Source: Bacillota bacterium (GTDB lineage Bacteria; Bacillota; Limnochordia; Darwinibacteriales; DTU012). Taken from it: a stretch of 41,332 nucleotides of DNA. The position numbers and the translations under genes are program-made. Within the stretch, counting starts at the first letter, position 1, and every line of letters starts with the position of its first letter. Shown in pieces: positions 1 to 9,757 of the stretch. The notes below the pieces were generated by a model. It did not search any database. It saw nothing but the letters and a program-made list of their open reading frames with translations, and had not been told where the DNA came from. Location of the stretch: positions 1-41,332 of the forward strand of contig JAAZMN010000129.1 in the NCBI GenBank assembly GCA_012798795.1, written 5' to 3'.

Positions 1-348
1 GTAGCCAGTAAAATAGATTCTTGGGTCATTTTGATTATTGGTTTTTCGCTTATTATCTTAGTATTATTACTTAATACTTTCTATAAAGATAAGGATAAAA
101 TTATAACGCGTTTTGGGTTTGTAAGTTCGCTCCAATTAATACTGTTGGGTTTACTGAGGCTGGCAAGTGCTCCATTTGCAGTCAAGTTTGCATCGGATTT
201 TCAAATTACAGCCGGATATATTTTGAGTTCAATCGGATCTTTGGCTGCTGGGTTTGTTCTTTATTTCTATACCATAAGAAGGTCTTTGGAGAAACCGAAA
301 GATATGCTAAAAAAATTATTTAAAATTTTAGAATTCCGCAGATTTTAG
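1..348 (+). CDS. Integral membrane protein, C-terminal part (5' end lies outside the window)
   Basis: Frame 1 is open from base 1 (VASKIDSWVI...) into the listed 31..348 ORF. About three hydrophobic helices are followed by a basic tail. No family recognised. Confidence 0.5.
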   Translation, partial: VASKIDSWVILIIGFSLIILVLLLNTFYKDKDKIITRFGFVSSLQLILLGLLRLASAPFAVKFASDFQITAGYILSSIGSLAAGFVLYFYTIRRSLEKPKDMLKKLFKILEFRRF

Positions 349-369
349 TTATAGAATTGTCTTGACTGT

Positions 370-1362
370 CTAGGAAGAAAAAAGGATTTCCTCATAGACA
401 GCCAATATCTTTTTTGTCATTTCCAAACTGCTAAGAGAGCTTTCAGCGAATTGACGACTAAAATCCTGCACTTGACTAAGGCGTTTTCTATTTGAGATTA
501 ATGAAAACAAGTCTTGATAAAGTTTGTCATAATTGAACCGACCAATATTTCCGGAGAAATCAAAATTAGGCTTTTGAGTCAATATTTCATCAATTAATCC
601 GTCATATTTAGTATTCATTAGAAAGACAGCACAACCGCAAGCTAAGGCTTCGCGTGCACTGCGCCCGCATCCGATAACGATATTAGCAGTTTTGAGTATA
701 TTTTCAATCCGAGGCTGCCAGGGAACAAAGTCTATTTCCTTGATGGGCGGCTGCCAGTTACCCACTACTATAAGGCGAATATGGGTTATTTTATCAACTG
801 CTTTTTTCAGTTCTTTAAGTGGGTATACTTTTGACCAATCAATTCGTCCTACGTAGTATACGTTAAAGACAGTAGCCTTTTTGGCTGGCTTAAATCGATG
901 AATATCAATGCCATTGGGGATTATTATTACCTTATCTTTGTACAGGGGTAATATTTCTCTTGCTGAATTAACTCCTACAGTAATAATGCGTTCGGCATTT
1001 TGCAGTGATTTTCGGTATTTCATATGAGAAAAGCCTAAGCCATGGCAGGTAACTAAATAAGGTGTTTGGGTTATCTCTGCCAGATTTTTAGTCAAATTAA
1101 AAATAGTGGAGCTGTGAGAGTGAATGATATCCGGCTGAAACCGCCTCGTGATTTGAGCGATTTTTGTTTTATTGCTGGTATGGTAGTATTTAATGCGGGC
1201 TTTTTTCAGCATCGGATCATAATATTCACTAAAAATTGATGTATGAATATTGATGAAAATTATTTTCACCGTATGACCTAATTGCCGCAGTTGGACAGCA
1301 AGATCAAGAACATGAGTTGATTGTCCGCTTAAGAAAAACTCGGCAGTCAGTAATATCTTCAT
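370..1362 (-). CDS. Glycosyltransferase, GT-B fold (GT4-like)
   Basis: 330 aa. N-terminal MKILLTAEFF..GQSTHVLDLA..LGH and IIHSHS segments. C-terminal GRSAREALACGCAV segment resembles the GT4 nucleotide-sugar binding region. Last gene of a co-directional minus-strand cluster. Confidence 0.7.
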   Translation of the reverse strand: MKILLTAEFFLSGQSTHVLDLAVQLRQLGHTVKIIFINIHTSIFSEYYDPMLKKARIKYYHTSNKTKIAQITRRFQPDIIHSHSSTIFNLTKNLAEITQTPYLVTCHGLGFSHMKYRKSLQNAERIITVGVNSAREILPLYKDKVIIIPNGIDIHRFKPAKKATVFNVYYVGRIDWSKVYPLKELKKAVDKITHIRLIVVGNWQPPIKEIDFVPWQPRIENILKTANIVIGCGRSAREALACGCAVFLMNTKYDGLIDEILTQKPNFDFSGNIGRFNYDKLYQDLFSLISNRKRLSQVQDFSRQFAESSLSSLEMTKKILAVYEEILFSS

Positions 1363-1443
1363 AAAAAGCCTCCGTTAATTCTACCTTGCTTTATTCTATG
1401 CTAACAGGACAATCAAATGTGTTCGTAAAATCCGTTTTTAAAT

Positions 1444-1884
1444 CTAGTTTTTTTCTTTTATTAGTACAGCTGCTCCTAGGATAATTAAAATTATCGGCCA
1501 TATTATCTTCCACGGAATTGAGGGGGTAATTTTCCTGATTAAAACTAGCACACCTACAATCAATAAAATTAGCCCAATAATTTGATAAGGATTCTTCACT
1601 GATACAGTATTTGTTTGTGATACTTTATCAACCATATGATTAACCGAATTCTTGACTCTGTCGATGACAGCATCCTGTTTTTGCATATAATTCGAGTTGG
1701 GATTAGCTGGGATGAGAATTAATGCCGCTATGTATGCAATGATACCTATTCCGTTCAAAAAAGCGAGTATGGTCCAAACTATCCTGACAATAGTCGCATC
1801 GATTTCCAGATATTCGGCGAAACCGCCGCATACTCCACCGATAATCTTGTTGTCTGATAAGTAAAGCCGTTTATTATTATTCAT
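1444..1884 (-). CDS. PspC-domain membrane protein
   Basis: LYLSDNKIIGGVCGGFAEYLEIDATIVRIVW is the typical PspC-domain signature, followed by TM helices. AAAGGAG lies upstream of the ATG. Confidence 0.75.
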   Translation of the reverse strand: MNNNKRLYLSDNKIIGGVCGGFAEYLEIDATIVRIVWTILAFLNGIGIIAYIAALILIPANPNSNYMQKQDAVIDRVKNSVNHMVDKVSQTNTVSVKNPYQIIGLILLIVGVLVLIRKITPSIPWKIIWPIILIILGAAVLIKEKN

Positions 1885-1915
1885 AAATTAAGTCAACTCC
1901 TTTTAGACTCTAATT

Positions 1916-2992
1916 CTATTGAAATAGCGGTACACTAAGCCCAATACCGAACATAGTTTTGTTACCATATGTGTGCAGGGCTTTAAAAGTAAAGTAAGAA
2001 ACAGCTGTCGCTGTGATCATTGTATATAACTGCTGCTGGTTATAATTATATCCAACTGTCCAGTTTAAATCTAGTGAAGGAATAATATCGTTAAAATTAA
2101 GGCCTACTCCGACTAGAGCGGCAGATGAGTTGAATTCATAAAAACCGTTAAGAGCGAATCTATCTGCAATATGGATAAAACATCCCAAACCAAGATTGGA
2201 AAATAATGCATCTGCCCTAATACTTAGTTTATCAGGGGGCGCTCCTGTATAATCTCTGTCAAAATATTCATACTTACTATTTAATACAACATTAAATAAA
2301 TTAGGAGTTGATGATCTAGCTATTGCATAACGCAGGTTATCTGGAGCCCATTTGGTAAATTCAGCTAAAGCCTGTTTTCGTTTGTCAGGATAGAGAACAG
2401 GTTTTTTTACTGTTTTTTCCGAAGGAATGAAATTCTGATCTATATAAACATGATAGTATTTAGAGTAAATATCAAGCCCTTCCTCTTGGGCAACATTAGC
2501 TAATGCCCTGGCTAATGTCTGATGATCTTTATGTCTGTCCTCACTATTGACTGTGCAGTGAAGGCTGCCGGGGAACAGTTTGGCAAAAAATCTGATGGTT
2601 TCTTCCACTGCTGTTTGCGGAATATTTCCATCCTGATAATCGAAAAAAATTACTTGATCAGGAGAAATTCCTAATACCTGTAAAGCTGCTAAGGTTTCTT
2701 TTACTCGTGCTCTGCCGAATTCTTCCTGAGTTAGTTGATGTATTTTACCATCCGGTCCTGTTAGGGTCATCCTAGTAATTGAGCTGCTTCCTTTGGAAAA
2801 GTAAATAAAGTAGTTGTAGTTACCGTCAAGCACAGATTGATAAATGCTATCTGCCATTCCCAGCGTTTCATCGTCGGGATGGGGCAGGTACCATATTACT
2901 ATGTCTTTTGCAGAAGTTTGCCAGGTGTTTGCAAAAAACAAAATGCTCAAAAGGAAAAAGGCAAATATAACTGCCATAATTCTATAATACAT
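1916..2992 (-). CDS. Exported PIG-L/LmbE-family N-deacetylase with C-terminal beta-strand-rich (putative outer-membrane) module
   Basis: Signal-peptide-like N-terminus (MYYRIMAVIFAFFLLSILFFANTWQTSA/KD). PIG-L signatures PHPDDETLG and HKDHQ. The last ~105 aa have alternating hydrophobic/polar strands ending ..GIGLSVPLFQ. The ATG at 2992 shares one base with the upstream stop (TGATG) and is preceded by AAGGAGG. The ORF-track start at 2995 is a TTG one codon earlier. Confidence 0.7.
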   Translation of the reverse strand: MYYRIMAVIFAFFLLSILFFANTWQTSAKDIVIWYLPHPDDETLGMADSIYQSVLDGNYNYFIYFSKGSSSITRMTLTGPDGKIHQLTQEEFGRARVKETLAALQVLGISPDQVIFFDYQDGNIPQTAVEETIRFFAKLFPGSLHCTVNSEDRHKDHQTLARALANVAQEEGLDIYSKYYHVYIDQNFIPSEKTVKKPVLYPDKRKQALAEFTKWAPDNLRYAIARSSTPNLFNVVLNSKYEYFDRDYTGAPPDKLSIRADALFSNLGLGCFIHIADRFALNGFYEFNSSAALVGVGLNFNDIIPSLDLNWTVGYNYNQQQLYTMITATAVSYFTFKALHTYGNKTMFGIGLSVPLFQ

Positions 2993-4626
2993 CAAAATTC
3001 CTCCTTAAATACACTGAACTTCCAATTCAGGGTGGTATCGACGTTTCTAATCATACCTATATTCACATCAAACGGGTACATTCCAAAGAGACGGAAATTT
3101 GTTCCCAAGCCGGCTTGATATGAAGTATTAGGTTCCCATTTTGATAATAAACTTTCTAAATCTACCTGCCCATAGATATATGGCCTGGCTAGAGTAATTT
3201 CCATAAGGGAGAAAAACTCATCGGTAAGATACAGCTTGATTCTGCCGCTTAAATTGAGATAAATTGGTTCTGTGTCAGCGTTAATCTTTTTGACCAGTGC
3301 AGCAGCAGAACCTAACTGAAAGTTTTTCTGTTTTAAAACAGCGTTGTTAACTATTGAAACACGCCATTTATAAGTACCGTTCAGCTGGTACGACCCTTGA
3401 AATCTCGTGTTTTTGATTAAAGGGAATTCGAGCTTAATACCGACATTTAATTTTTCATTCATATTTAGTTTACGGACAAACAGTTCGCCTTGCCCTACAG
3501 CAGGTTTCGACCAGCCAAAGAAAACTTCATGTCCTCCTTCAGCTGCCGAAAAACCGTAACGGTAACCAAGATTAAACCAGGATAACGGGCCATGACTGAG
3601 TTTTAACCCAAGTTTCAAAGCACAGTCATCAGATAACTGGATTTGAGGAGTTACTGAAAACGGGCGTTTAGTATTTAATGCAGTTTTTTCTGCTTTTGTT
3701 ATGATCTTTTCTAGGCATTCTTGAGAATATCCTTGTTGTTGATAAGGTACGAATTCAAAATCGGGGTCATGTGCCAATATGGCTGTCTTTATTTGCTCCA
3801 TATATTTAATGCCAGCTAAGTAACCTTCTTCAATAAACATTTCGGCTTTTTGGTAATCCATATATGAATCGAATTTCACGTCAGGTATAATAATAACATC
3901 GGCTTCAGCTGTATTTAACTCAACATATCCGTCAATCATAAACCACATTGCTAACTGCAGATTGTTAAGAACACTGTTATAATTTATGCTTTTTAGTTCC
4001 TTTTTTACATCAACACCAATAATTACATCAGCACCGAAATTCGACGCAGTATTAACCGGCACAGCATTTTTCATTCCGCCGTCAACGTAATACACATCAT
4101 TAATAGATACAGCTGGAAATAAGGCAGGGATTGACATGCTTGCTTGAATACCAGTGCTGACTTTCCCTTGATTTAACGCTAATTCTTCTCCAGTAGCCAG
4201 CTCAGTGATAACTGAATAAAAGGGAATATCCAACTCGGCAAAAGTTTTATGATGTAGCAAAACGTCAAGATATTGTTCTAATCTTGCGGTGTTGATAAAA
4301 CCGCCTTTAGGGGGAATTAATATATCTATAAGCGAAGCGACATTTAGTTGGGTGGCAATTTCTTTCATGTTTTCTACCGAATAACCGGCGGCATAAAGAC
4401 CTGAAACAACACTGCCCATACTTGTACCGACAAGCATGTCGATGGGAACTCCATTTTCTTCAAACGCTTGTATTAGTCCAATGTGACTAAAACCTCGAGC
4501 TGCTCCGCCGCCTAAAACTAAGGCAACTTTAGGATTAGATACAGCAAAAACTATATGGGATTGCATAAGAAAGAAGACTATTATACATATCGATATCAAA
4601 GGTAATCTTCTTGTGTTTCTGAGCAA
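2992..4626 (-). CDS. Patatin-like phospholipase fused to an Omp85-type (bacterial surface antigen) beta-barrel, PlpD/type Vd-like
   Basis: Signal peptide. Patatin motifs GGGAARG (oxyanion hole), GTSMG (GxSxG nucleophile) and VDGG (catalytic Asp). The C-terminal ~240 aa is a beta-strand pattern ending GLGTNFRLFGMYPFDVNIGMIRN...NWKFSVFKEEF with a terminal Phe, as in Omp85-family barrels. TTG start with GGAG upstream. Confidence 0.75.
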   Translation of the reverse strand: MLRNTRRLPLISICIIVFFLMQSHIVFAVSNPKVALVLGGGAARGFSHIGLIQAFEENGVPIDMLVGTSMGSVVSGLYAAGYSVENMKEIATQLNVASLIDILIPPKGGFINTARLEQYLDVLLHHKTFAELDIPFYSVITELATGEELALNQGKVSTGIQASMSIPALFPAVSINDVYYVDGGMKNAVPVNTASNFGADVIIGVDVKKELKSINYNSVLNNLQLAMWFMIDGYVELNTAEADVIIIPDVKFDSYMDYQKAEMFIEEGYLAGIKYMEQIKTAILAHDPDFEFVPYQQQGYSQECLEKIITKAEKTALNTKRPFSVTPQIQLSDDCALKLGLKLSHGPLSWFNLGYRYGFSAAEGGHEVFFGWSKPAVGQGELFVRKLNMNEKLNVGIKLEFPLIKNTRFQGSYQLNGTYKWRVSIVNNAVLKQKNFQLGSAAALVKKINADTEPIYLNLSGRIKLYLTDEFFSLMEITLARPYIYGQVDLESLLSKWEPNTSYQAGLGTNFRLFGMYPFDVNIGMIRNVDTTLNWKFSVFKEEF

Positions 4627-4852
4627 ATTATTTCATCTCCTTCAAGTTATTAGCAGTATGTCAATGTCTTTATATATTCACTGTTGTTAGCTTGAATCCT
4701 GCATATTTCCACATGGTAAAACCGGTATTTAATAAAGGCAAAACACAGTAAATCAGCAGGGATTTATCAGTTAAAAGGTGAAGTAACTAGCATAATTGAA
4801 AAATAGAAGGTATCATTGTGCATTTTATTAACGAAAAAGGGGGTTGGATTTT

Positions 4853-5110
4853 ATGGATTTACAAGATAAAACAAGAACATTTTCGGCGGTTGATGTAAAA
4901 AAAAGCGATATAGCTAATATGATTAAGCAGGTTTGTACTGCACTAGAAGCGAAAGGATATCGTCCTTTAGATCAAATAGTGGGTTATCTCGTATCCGGCG
5001 ATCCATCGTATATTACTTCCTATAACGATGCTAGGCTGATGATGCAAAAAATAGAGCGAAATGATTTGTTAGAAGAGATAGTTGGTGCATACTTAGAAAA
5101 ATTAGGATGA
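4853..5110 (+). CDS. ireB: IreB-family regulatory phosphoprotein (UPF0297, YrzL-like)
   Basis: The GYRPLDQIVGYLVSGDPSYITSYNDARLMMQKIERNDLLEEIVGAYLEKL block matches my recollection of UPF0297/YrzL. The ATG at 4853 lies 9 nt after GGGGG. The ORF-track TTG at 4844 abuts the SD and is unlikely. Confidence 0.85.
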   Translation: MDLQDKTRTFSAVDVKKSDIANMIKQVCTALEAKGYRPLDQIVGYLVSGDPSYITSYNDARLMMQKIERNDLLEEIVGAYLEKLG

Positions 5111-5125
5111 GGGTAGGGATATGAG

Positions 5126-6430
5126 ATGACGAAACTTGTGATTAACGGTGGAAAAAGGCTGCAGGGCGAAGTAAAGGTTAACGGAGCAAAAAACAGCGCG
5201 CTTTCAATTATTGTCGCAGCTGCACTGGCCACCAAAGGTGAATGTATATTAGATAATGTTCCTAAAAGTAGCGATGTGGGAACCATATGTTTAATATTGA
5301 AGAGTCTTGGTGTTGAAGTGTGGTTTGATCAAAATGATAAGCTTCACATTGTTGGAGCATCTCTTAAAGAGTATCAGGCCCCCTATGATCTAGTACGAAA
5401 GATGCGTGCCTCTTTCTATACAGCTGGACTTTTATTAGCACGTTTAGGAAAAGCGGAAGTTCCGCTGCCGGGAGGCTGTGCCATCGGTTCGCGGCCGGTG
5501 GACTTTCATATCCGCGGTTTTACCCAAATGGGTGCGGATATAGTTATTGAACATGGTTTTATGAAGGCACAATGCGATGAACTCATCGGCACCAACTACT
5601 ATATAAACCGATCAAGTGTTGGAACTACCATAAATCTAATGCTGGCGGCTAGTTTGGCAAAAGGGACTACAGTATTGGAAAACTGTGCAAAAGAACCTGA
5701 AATAGTAGATCTGGCCATATTTCTCAATGGCATGGGAGCCAATGTCCGAGGGGCAGGAACTGATATAATTCGCATCAAGGGAGTGGAACAGCTTCATGGA
5801 ATTGAATATTCAATCATTCCCGATAGAATTGAAGCGGGCACTTTTATATTTGCAGCTGCAATTACCGGCGGCGATGTATTAATCAAGGATATTGTTGTAG
5901 AACATATTCGCTCACCTTTAAGCAAAATTGAAGAAGCAGGAGTAATAGTGGAAAGAGGTTCAACGAGTATTAGAATTACAGCTCCTGAAAGGCTGAAGGC
6001 TATGGATGTAGAAACATCACCCTACCCTGGATTTCCTACAGATTTACAGCAGCCACTTGTAGCCGCCATGTGTGTAGCTGACGGAACAAGTGTAGTGCGA
6101 GAAAATATTTTTGACAGATTTCGCTATGTGGATGAATTACGAAGAATGGGAGCAGATATTAAAGTAGAGCGTGAAACTGCCATTGTCAGAGGAGTAAAAC
6201 AACTTACCGGAGCACCGGTTGAGGTGACTGATTTACGGGCGGGTGCAGCATTGGTGATTGCTGGTTTGGCGGCTAGCGGAACTACTGAGATTTACGGAGT
6301 AGATATTATTGAACGAGGTTATGCCAGCTTAGAAACAAAGCTGGAGCAATTAGGAGCAGATATAAAACGGATTGGTAGTCAGGAAGAAATAGATGTGTTT
6401 TCTAGTATGAAAAAACCTACACGAGTGTAG
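5126..6430 (+). CDS. murA: UDP-N-acetylglucosamine 1-carboxyvinyltransferase
   Basis: 434 aa. N-terminal LVINGGKRLQGEVKVNGAKNSAL. Active-site loop PGGCAIGSRPVD with the catalytic Cys. Confidence 0.95.
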   Translation: MTKLVINGGKRLQGEVKVNGAKNSALSIIVAAALATKGECILDNVPKSSDVGTICLILKSLGVEVWFDQNDKLHIVGASLKEYQAPYDLVRKMRASFYTAGLLLARLGKAEVPLPGGCAIGSRPVDFHIRGFTQMGADIVIEHGFMKAQCDELIGTNYYINRSSVGTTINLMLAASLAKGTTVLENCAKEPEIVDLAIFLNGMGANVRGAGTDIIRIKGVEQLHGIEYSIIPDRIEAGTFIFAAAITGGDVLIKDIVVEHIRSPLSKIEEAGVIVERGSTSIRITAPERLKAMDVETSPYPGFPTDLQQPLVAAMCVADGTSVVRENIFDRFRYVDELRRMGADIKVERETAIVRGVKQLTGAPVEVTDLRAGAALVIAGLAASGTTEIYGVDIIERGYASLETKLEQLGADIKRIGSQEEIDVFSSMKKPTRV

Positions 6431-6498
6431 TAAGAAGTTCATACTAATAACCCTCGGGATAATATTTATCTTCGCGATTGAAATGAGAGGGGTTTTCA

Positions 6499-9495
6499 AT
6501 GATTGTACCACTGCATGTTCACAGCGAGTATTCTTTAACAGAATCCTGTATAAAAATAGAAAAGCTCGTGAAGAAGGCTGCAGATTTAAAGTATCGGGCA
6601 ATAGCCCTTACTGATCATAATACCATGGCCGGATTAGTGTCTTTTTACAGATTGTGTCGTCAATATAATTTGAAACCCATATTAGGGTTGGAAGTGGATA
6701 TAACTGGATTATCTGTAGCTGACCAAATTGTTTTATTGGCAGAAAATAACACCGGGTATGAAAATCTATTACAATTGGCATCCCATGAGAAACCAGTCCC
6801 CCTGGAAGTATTAAAAGACAATAATCAGGGGTTAATCGGATTGGTTTCTTTTAATAATTGTGAGGATGCACCGCTTACTTATCACCAGTTAACTCGGATA
6901 TTCGGGAAAGAAAATATTTTTATAGAATTATCGGCGGATGATTCTCAGCGACGAGCTGCAGCAAATCAATTATATAAAATGTTTCCAGTTGAAGTTTTTG
7001 CTGCTGCTCAAAGTGTTTATTATCTGGAACCAGACGAATTAGAATTGATCCGGCTTTTACGCAGTATCAAGTACAATAAAAAAGCAAAGGAAATAGAAGT
7101 AATTGAGCGGCCGTTATTGGCACCGGATGTAATCTGCCGAGATTTTGGTAATTTACCGCAGGCGATAAAAAACACTGTCAAAATTGCCGAAAGATGTCAG
7201 GTAAAATTAAGGCCAGAGATTAGATTTCCGAAACTGCCGGAATCTGTTGATTTAAAAGAAATTGTACTAGACGGGGCAAAGAAACGCTATGGTAAATTAA
7301 CAGATTCAATTTTGGAACGTCTTCATTACGAATTAGACGTAATTGAAGAGATGGGTTTTACCGATTATTTTTTGATTGTAGCGGATATAGTCAGGTATGG
7401 AAAAGCAAAAGGGATTCCTATCGGACCGGGAAGGGGCAGTTCTGCCGGTAGTCTAACGGCTTACTGTTTAAATATTACTGACATTGATCCTCTGCGACAT
7501 CAACTGCTTTTTGAACGATTTCTCAACAAAAAACGGCATAATCTTCCTGATATTGATCTGGATATCTGCTGCATTCGGCGGGAAGAAATAATCGATTACT
7601 GCATTAATCGTTTTGGTAAAGAACATGTGGCGAAAATCGGGGTTTACGGTACTTTCGGATATGCTCAAGCAAATAGTGAGATGAAAAAACGTTTTGATAG
7701 GTCAAATCCTTCGCTTGCAAATAAACTGGTAGGTTTAAAACAATACTTTTCGACACATGCGGCAGGTCTGATTATTACTCCAGAACCGGTTATCAAGTAT
7801 AGCGCGGTAGAAATTGTTGACGGGATTTATGTCACTCAATTAACAATGGATGTTTTAGAGGAATTAGGAGTATTAAAAATTGATTTACTGGGTTTGAGAA
7901 ATCTTACGATTTTACATCAAATTCAGCAGTTAATCAACTTAAGTCAACCAGATTTTTCACTTAAACATATTCCTATTCACGATGAACGAACATTTGAGTT
8001 ACTTGGCCGAGGTGAAACACTGGGAATTTTTCAGTTGGAAAGCAGATTGTTTACAAATATATTGACCCGGCTTAGACCCAGGAGTTTCTCTGACTTAACA
8101 GCTTTATTGGCCTTGGGCAGACCGGGACCGTTAAAACAAATACCTCGGTATATTAAGCGTCGCGATGGGCAAGAAAGAATAAAGTACATTCATCCGCGAT
8201 TAGAATCGATTCTAGCTGATACTTATGGTTTAATGATTTATCAGGAACAGGTAATGCAGGTGGCACATGAGATAGCTGGATTCAGTCTGGAAGAGGCTGA
8301 TTTACTGCGAGTCGCTATCAGCAAAAAAGATGGTGATTTAATTAAGAAATTACGCAGTAAATTTATACAGGGTTGTGAGAAGAATGGCTTAAATTATCAA
8401 GTGAGTAATAAATTGTATTTAGAAATAGAACAATTTGCGGGTTATGCTTTTAATAAAGCTCATAGTACTGCATATGCCAAGATAACTTGGCAATTAGCGT
8501 ACTTAAAAACTCATTATCCGATAGAATTCTACCTGGCACAATTGAAGAATATTACAAACGTAACGAAAATTGGCGAATTCTATCAAGAGTGTAAAATAAG
8601 AGGGATTAGAATATTACTGCCGGATATACGTTATTCGGAAGTTAACCATGTAAAGGAAGGTAATTCTATAAGAATCGGATTAACCGGTTTAAAGCACATC
8701 GGTGAAACCACAGCTGAGGCTATAATTATAGCAAGAACACAAAAAGCTTTTTCTAATGTGGAGGACTTTTTTAGGCGTGCAGCACTGCCAATGAGGACAC
8801 AATATATTTTGGCTTACGGTGGTGCGCTTGACGGGTTTGGAGAGCGGGATGCGATTATTAAAAAGATTGCGGATTTTCACAATGAAGCTCTTCCAGTCAT
8901 TAATCAACTGGAATTGCTTGAGAAAGAAAAGGAAATAGTAGGAATATATTTATCGGCTCATCCTGTAGACCGCTGGATTAATTTTTTAGATCAGTTGGAG
9001 CCAAGTTTAGGCACTTATGCAGCAGGTCATATAAGTGAAGTTCACGAATATAATCAGGAAGTAACCGGTGTTATATCTAATATTGACTCTATTTGTAAGT
9101 TTTCACTTGCAAAAGAAAAATATGAATTCAGCCCTTTTCTGAAACATAATGCTTTAGCTGCGTTATTTGGCAGGTTCCAAGATGATAACTTGGAAATTGA
9201 ATGGGTGTTACCTTTACAACCGATGCTGGTAATTAAACCAAAAATTAATCAAATTAATCAGCTGCAGAAGCTGCTTTCACATCATCAAGGTACTACACCG
9301 GTAATACTAAATTTGGATCAGGGAGTACTTCAGCTGGTTGCTTCCAGATTCTGGCTCAATCCTGATCAGGAAATAATCTCTAAACTGGAAAATTACGCAA
9401 GTTTCTTTCAATGGATCGATCCTTGGGAAAGCAGGTTTTTGGATACTTTTATGGAAAATAATCATGTTAGTTCTCAGATAAAAGGGGGCCACTGA
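6499..9495 (+). CDS. dnaE: DNA polymerase III alpha subunit (DnaE type)
   Basis: 998 aa. N-terminal PHP domain ([10 protein letters not shown]..). Palm/fingers motifs ([27 protein letters not shown]). SD GAGAGGGG lies upstream. Confidence 0.93.
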   Translation: MIVPLHVHSEYSLTESCIKIEKLVKKAADLKYRAIALTDHNTMAGLVSFYRLCRQYNLKPILGLEVDITGLSVADQIVLLAENNTGYENLLQLASHEKPVPLEVLKDNNQGLIGLVSFNNCEDAPLTYHQLTRIFGKENIFIELSADDSQRRAAANQLYKMFPVEVFAAAQSVYYLEPDELELIRLLRSIKYNKKAKEIEVIERPLLAPDVICRDFGNLPQAIKNTVKIAERCQVKLRPEIRFPKLPESVDLKEIVLDGAKKRYGKLTDSILERLHYELDVIEEMGFTDYFLIVADIVRYGKAKGIPIGPGRGSSAGSLTAYCLNITDIDPLRHQLLFERFLNKKRHNLPDIDLDICCIRREEIIDYCINRFGKEHVAKIGVYGTFGYAQANSEMKKRFDRSNPSLANKLVGLKQYFSTHAAGLIITPEPVIKYSAVEIVDGIYVTQLTMDVLEELGVLKIDLLGLRNLTILHQIQQLINLSQPDFSLKHIPIHDERTFELLGRGETLGIFQLESRLFTNILTRLRPRSFSDLTALLALGRPGPLKQIPRYIKRRDGQERIKYIHPRLESILADTYGLMIYQEQVMQVAHEIAGFSLEEADLLRVAISKKDGDLIKKLRSKFIQGCEKNGLNYQVSNKLYLEIEQFAGYAFNKAHSTAYAKITWQLAYLKTHYPIEFYLAQLKNITNVTKIGEFYQECKIRGIRILLPDIRYSEVNHVKEGNSIRIGLTGLKHIGETTAEAIIIARTQKAFSNVEDFFRRAALPMRTQYILAYGGALDGFGERDAIIKKIADFHNEALPVINQLELLEKEKEIVGIYLSAHPVDRWINFLDQLEPSLGTYAAGHISEVHEYNQEVTGVISNIDSICKFSLAKEKYEFSPFLKHNALAALFGRFQDDNLEIEWVLPLQPMLVIKPKINQINQLQKLLSHHQGTTPVILNLDQGVLQLVASRFWLNPDQEIISKLENYASFFQWIDPWESRFLDTFMENNHVSSQIKGGH

Positions 9496-9496
9496 T

Positions 9497-9733
9497 GTGA
9501 AAGACCAGGAACTCCAATTCGATAATGGCTATGTGATGATTCAAGCATTAGAAAACGGAGTAACTATTTTTGGATTGACAAGAGGTGTTGATACAAAGTT
9601 TCATCACAGCGAAAAGCTTGATCAGGGAGAAGTGTTAATTGCTCAGTTTACTAAACATACTTCTGCAATTAAAGTACGCGGAAAAGCAAAGATTTTTACC
9701 AGCGTTGGTGTGACAACATCGGGTAATTTTTAA
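9497..9733 (+). CDS. Small conserved-looking hypothetical protein (78 aa)
   Basis: GTG start 2 nt after the dnaE stop, in a different frame. Soluble, beta-rich composition. Family not recognised. Confidence 0.45.
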   Translation: MKDQELQFDNGYVMIQALENGVTIFGLTRGVDTKFHHSEKLDQGEVLIAQFTKHTSAIKVRGKAKIFTSVGVTTSGNF

Positions 9734-9757
9734 TACTGAGAGTAAGGAGGAATAACA

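Noticed and set aside
2837-3118. 93-aa plus-strand ORF across the lipase/deacetylase junction
   Set aside because: It is antisense to two motif-supported genes and has no SD.
5020-5286. 88-aa minus-strand ORF spanning the ireB/murA junction
   Set aside because: It overlaps two well-supported plus-strand genes and has Ser/Leu/Pro-rich shadow composition.
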